DNA of 48,620 nucleotides from a virus, in the IMG/VR virus record IMGVR_UViG_3300049019_000002, positions 1 through 48,620 of that record; one strand, written 5' to 3'. The translations under genes were made by a program, and so were the position numbers. This document shows, one piece after another, positions 48,126 to 48,620 of this stretch. Positions within the stretch are counted from its first letter, which is position 1. The number at the start of each line of letters is the position of its first letter. The notes below the pieces were generated by a model that did not search any database, was not told the origin of the DNA, and saw nothing but the letters and a program-made list of their open reading frames with translations.

Positions 48126-48354
48126 AATAGACAGCTTCTATATCATGGAAGTCAACTTCATAGATCATCGTGTCAGTTTCCTTATCGTAATGAAAGAATG
48201 ATAGTTCATCACTGTAGACAATAACTGTGACAGGGTTATCCAGTAAATCGCAAGAGTTGCAACATTTTATATACCTATCAGACTTTAACATAAACGAAGC
48301 ATCGCTAGGGTAACCCTCAATATCATCGTACTCGGCAAACATGCGAACCAGCAT
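48124..48354 (-). CDS. hypothetical protein (76 aa)
   Basis: ATG lies 1 nt after the stop of the upstream gene. It is the last gene of the leftward island. Confidence 0.6.
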   Translation of the reverse strand: MLVRMFAEYDDIEGYPSDASFMLKSDRYIKCCNSCDLLDNPVTVIVYSDELSFFHYDKETDTMIYEVDFHDIEAVY

Positions 48355-48355
48355 G

Positions 48356-48620
48356 TCAGTGTACCTCCTTGGAGCTGTGATAAATAAGGATGCCCTTTTG
48401 GATGACCTCTGTTTTCATTCCTGTAAGTACATAAGCTCTCTCTCGTACTTCTTCGAGAACTCTGTCTTTAATGTTCAAAGGGTGAAAGGCACAATCTAAA
48501 GCGCCATCCTCTAGAGCGAACCCATAATAAGATGAGCTATCACATGTGTCTTTGAGGTATACTTTCAGGTTCGTTGTGGGGTACATCTCCCAAAGAAAAG
48601 TATTTAAATAGCTTTGAATA
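48356..48620 (-). CDS. hypothetical protein, 3' part of the junction-spanning gene (true start corresponds to position 144)
   Basis: The frame stays open to the window end. The identical 127 bp at 1..127 link it to the ATG at 144. Confidence 0.7.
   Translation of the reverse strand, partial: IQSYLNTFLWEMYPTTNLKVYLKDTCDSSSYYGFALEDGALDCAFHPLNIKDRVLEEVRERAYVLTGMKTEVIQKGILIYHSSKEVH
48494..48620. repeat. terminal direct repeat, copy 2 (identical to 1..127)
   Basis: Read directly. Confidence 0.97.

Noticed and set aside
47956-48201. 81-aa plus-strand ORF (MAFPPSESASPVIPS...).
   Set aside because: It lies on the C-rich arm of the long hairpin and runs through both terminators. It has no RBS, and its Pro/Ser-rich composition simply reflects the C-run.
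1-48620. Lysogeny module (integrase, excisionase, CI/Cro) and any tRNA, rRNA or CRISPR features.
   Set aside because: I scanned all listed translations for tyrosine or serine recombinase and CI-type repressor hallmarks and scanned the non-coding gaps for cloverleaf-type structures. I recognised none. This is absence of evidence by eye, not a search result.

Overview
The window is a complete tailed-phage genome closed on itself. Bases 1-127 recur exactly at 48494-48620, giving a non-redundant unit of 48493 bp. Coding is dense and mostly rightward.

Gene blocks in order:
- Morphogenesis: large terminase, portal, Mu-F/SPP1 gp7-like head protein, prohead protease-scaffold, decoration-like protein, major capsid, connectors, major tail protein, G/GT chaperones with an A-run -1 frameshift, tape measure, FN3-rich distal tail protein, beta-helix depolymerase-like protein.
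- Lysis: BhlA-like holin, Amidase_3 + 2xLysM endolysin, second holin.
- Early/replication: very acidic first-early gene, SSB-like protein, DnaB helicase, DnaG primase, DnaE-type Pol III alpha, Cas4-like nuclease, DUF1064, sigma factor, ThyX-like protein, dNMP kinase, Ser/Thr-kinase-like protein, many small ORFs.
- An FtsK/SpoIIIE + replication-relaxation + membrane protein + RHH module.
- A leftward operon with an HExxH peptidase-like protein and a DnaQ-like exonuclease.
- A short rightward block ending in a putative small terminase.
- A leftward island of tiny genes that separates terS from terL across the junction.

AAGGAGG-type RBS, TTGACA-17-TATAAT-type promoters, frequent TTG/GTG starts and a LysM amidase point to a Gram-positive (Bacillota, Bacillus-like) host. 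I recognised no integrase, CI-type repressor, tRNA, rRNA or CRISPR array.

Most noteworthy:
- the conjugation/plasmid-like FtsK module in an integrase-less phage;
- a tail gene apparently split by a beta-helix gene;
- an 11-bp iteron array plus an AT palindrome upstream of terS;
- a roughly 110-nt G-rich/C-rich hairpin with a canonical G4 motif downstream of terS;
- a GTCATACC element recurring at nearly all early promoters;
- a dispersed repeat shared by the two largest non-coding gaps;
- a ThyX-like protein without the RHR(X)7S signature.

All functional calls rest on motifs read by eye. No database search was possible.
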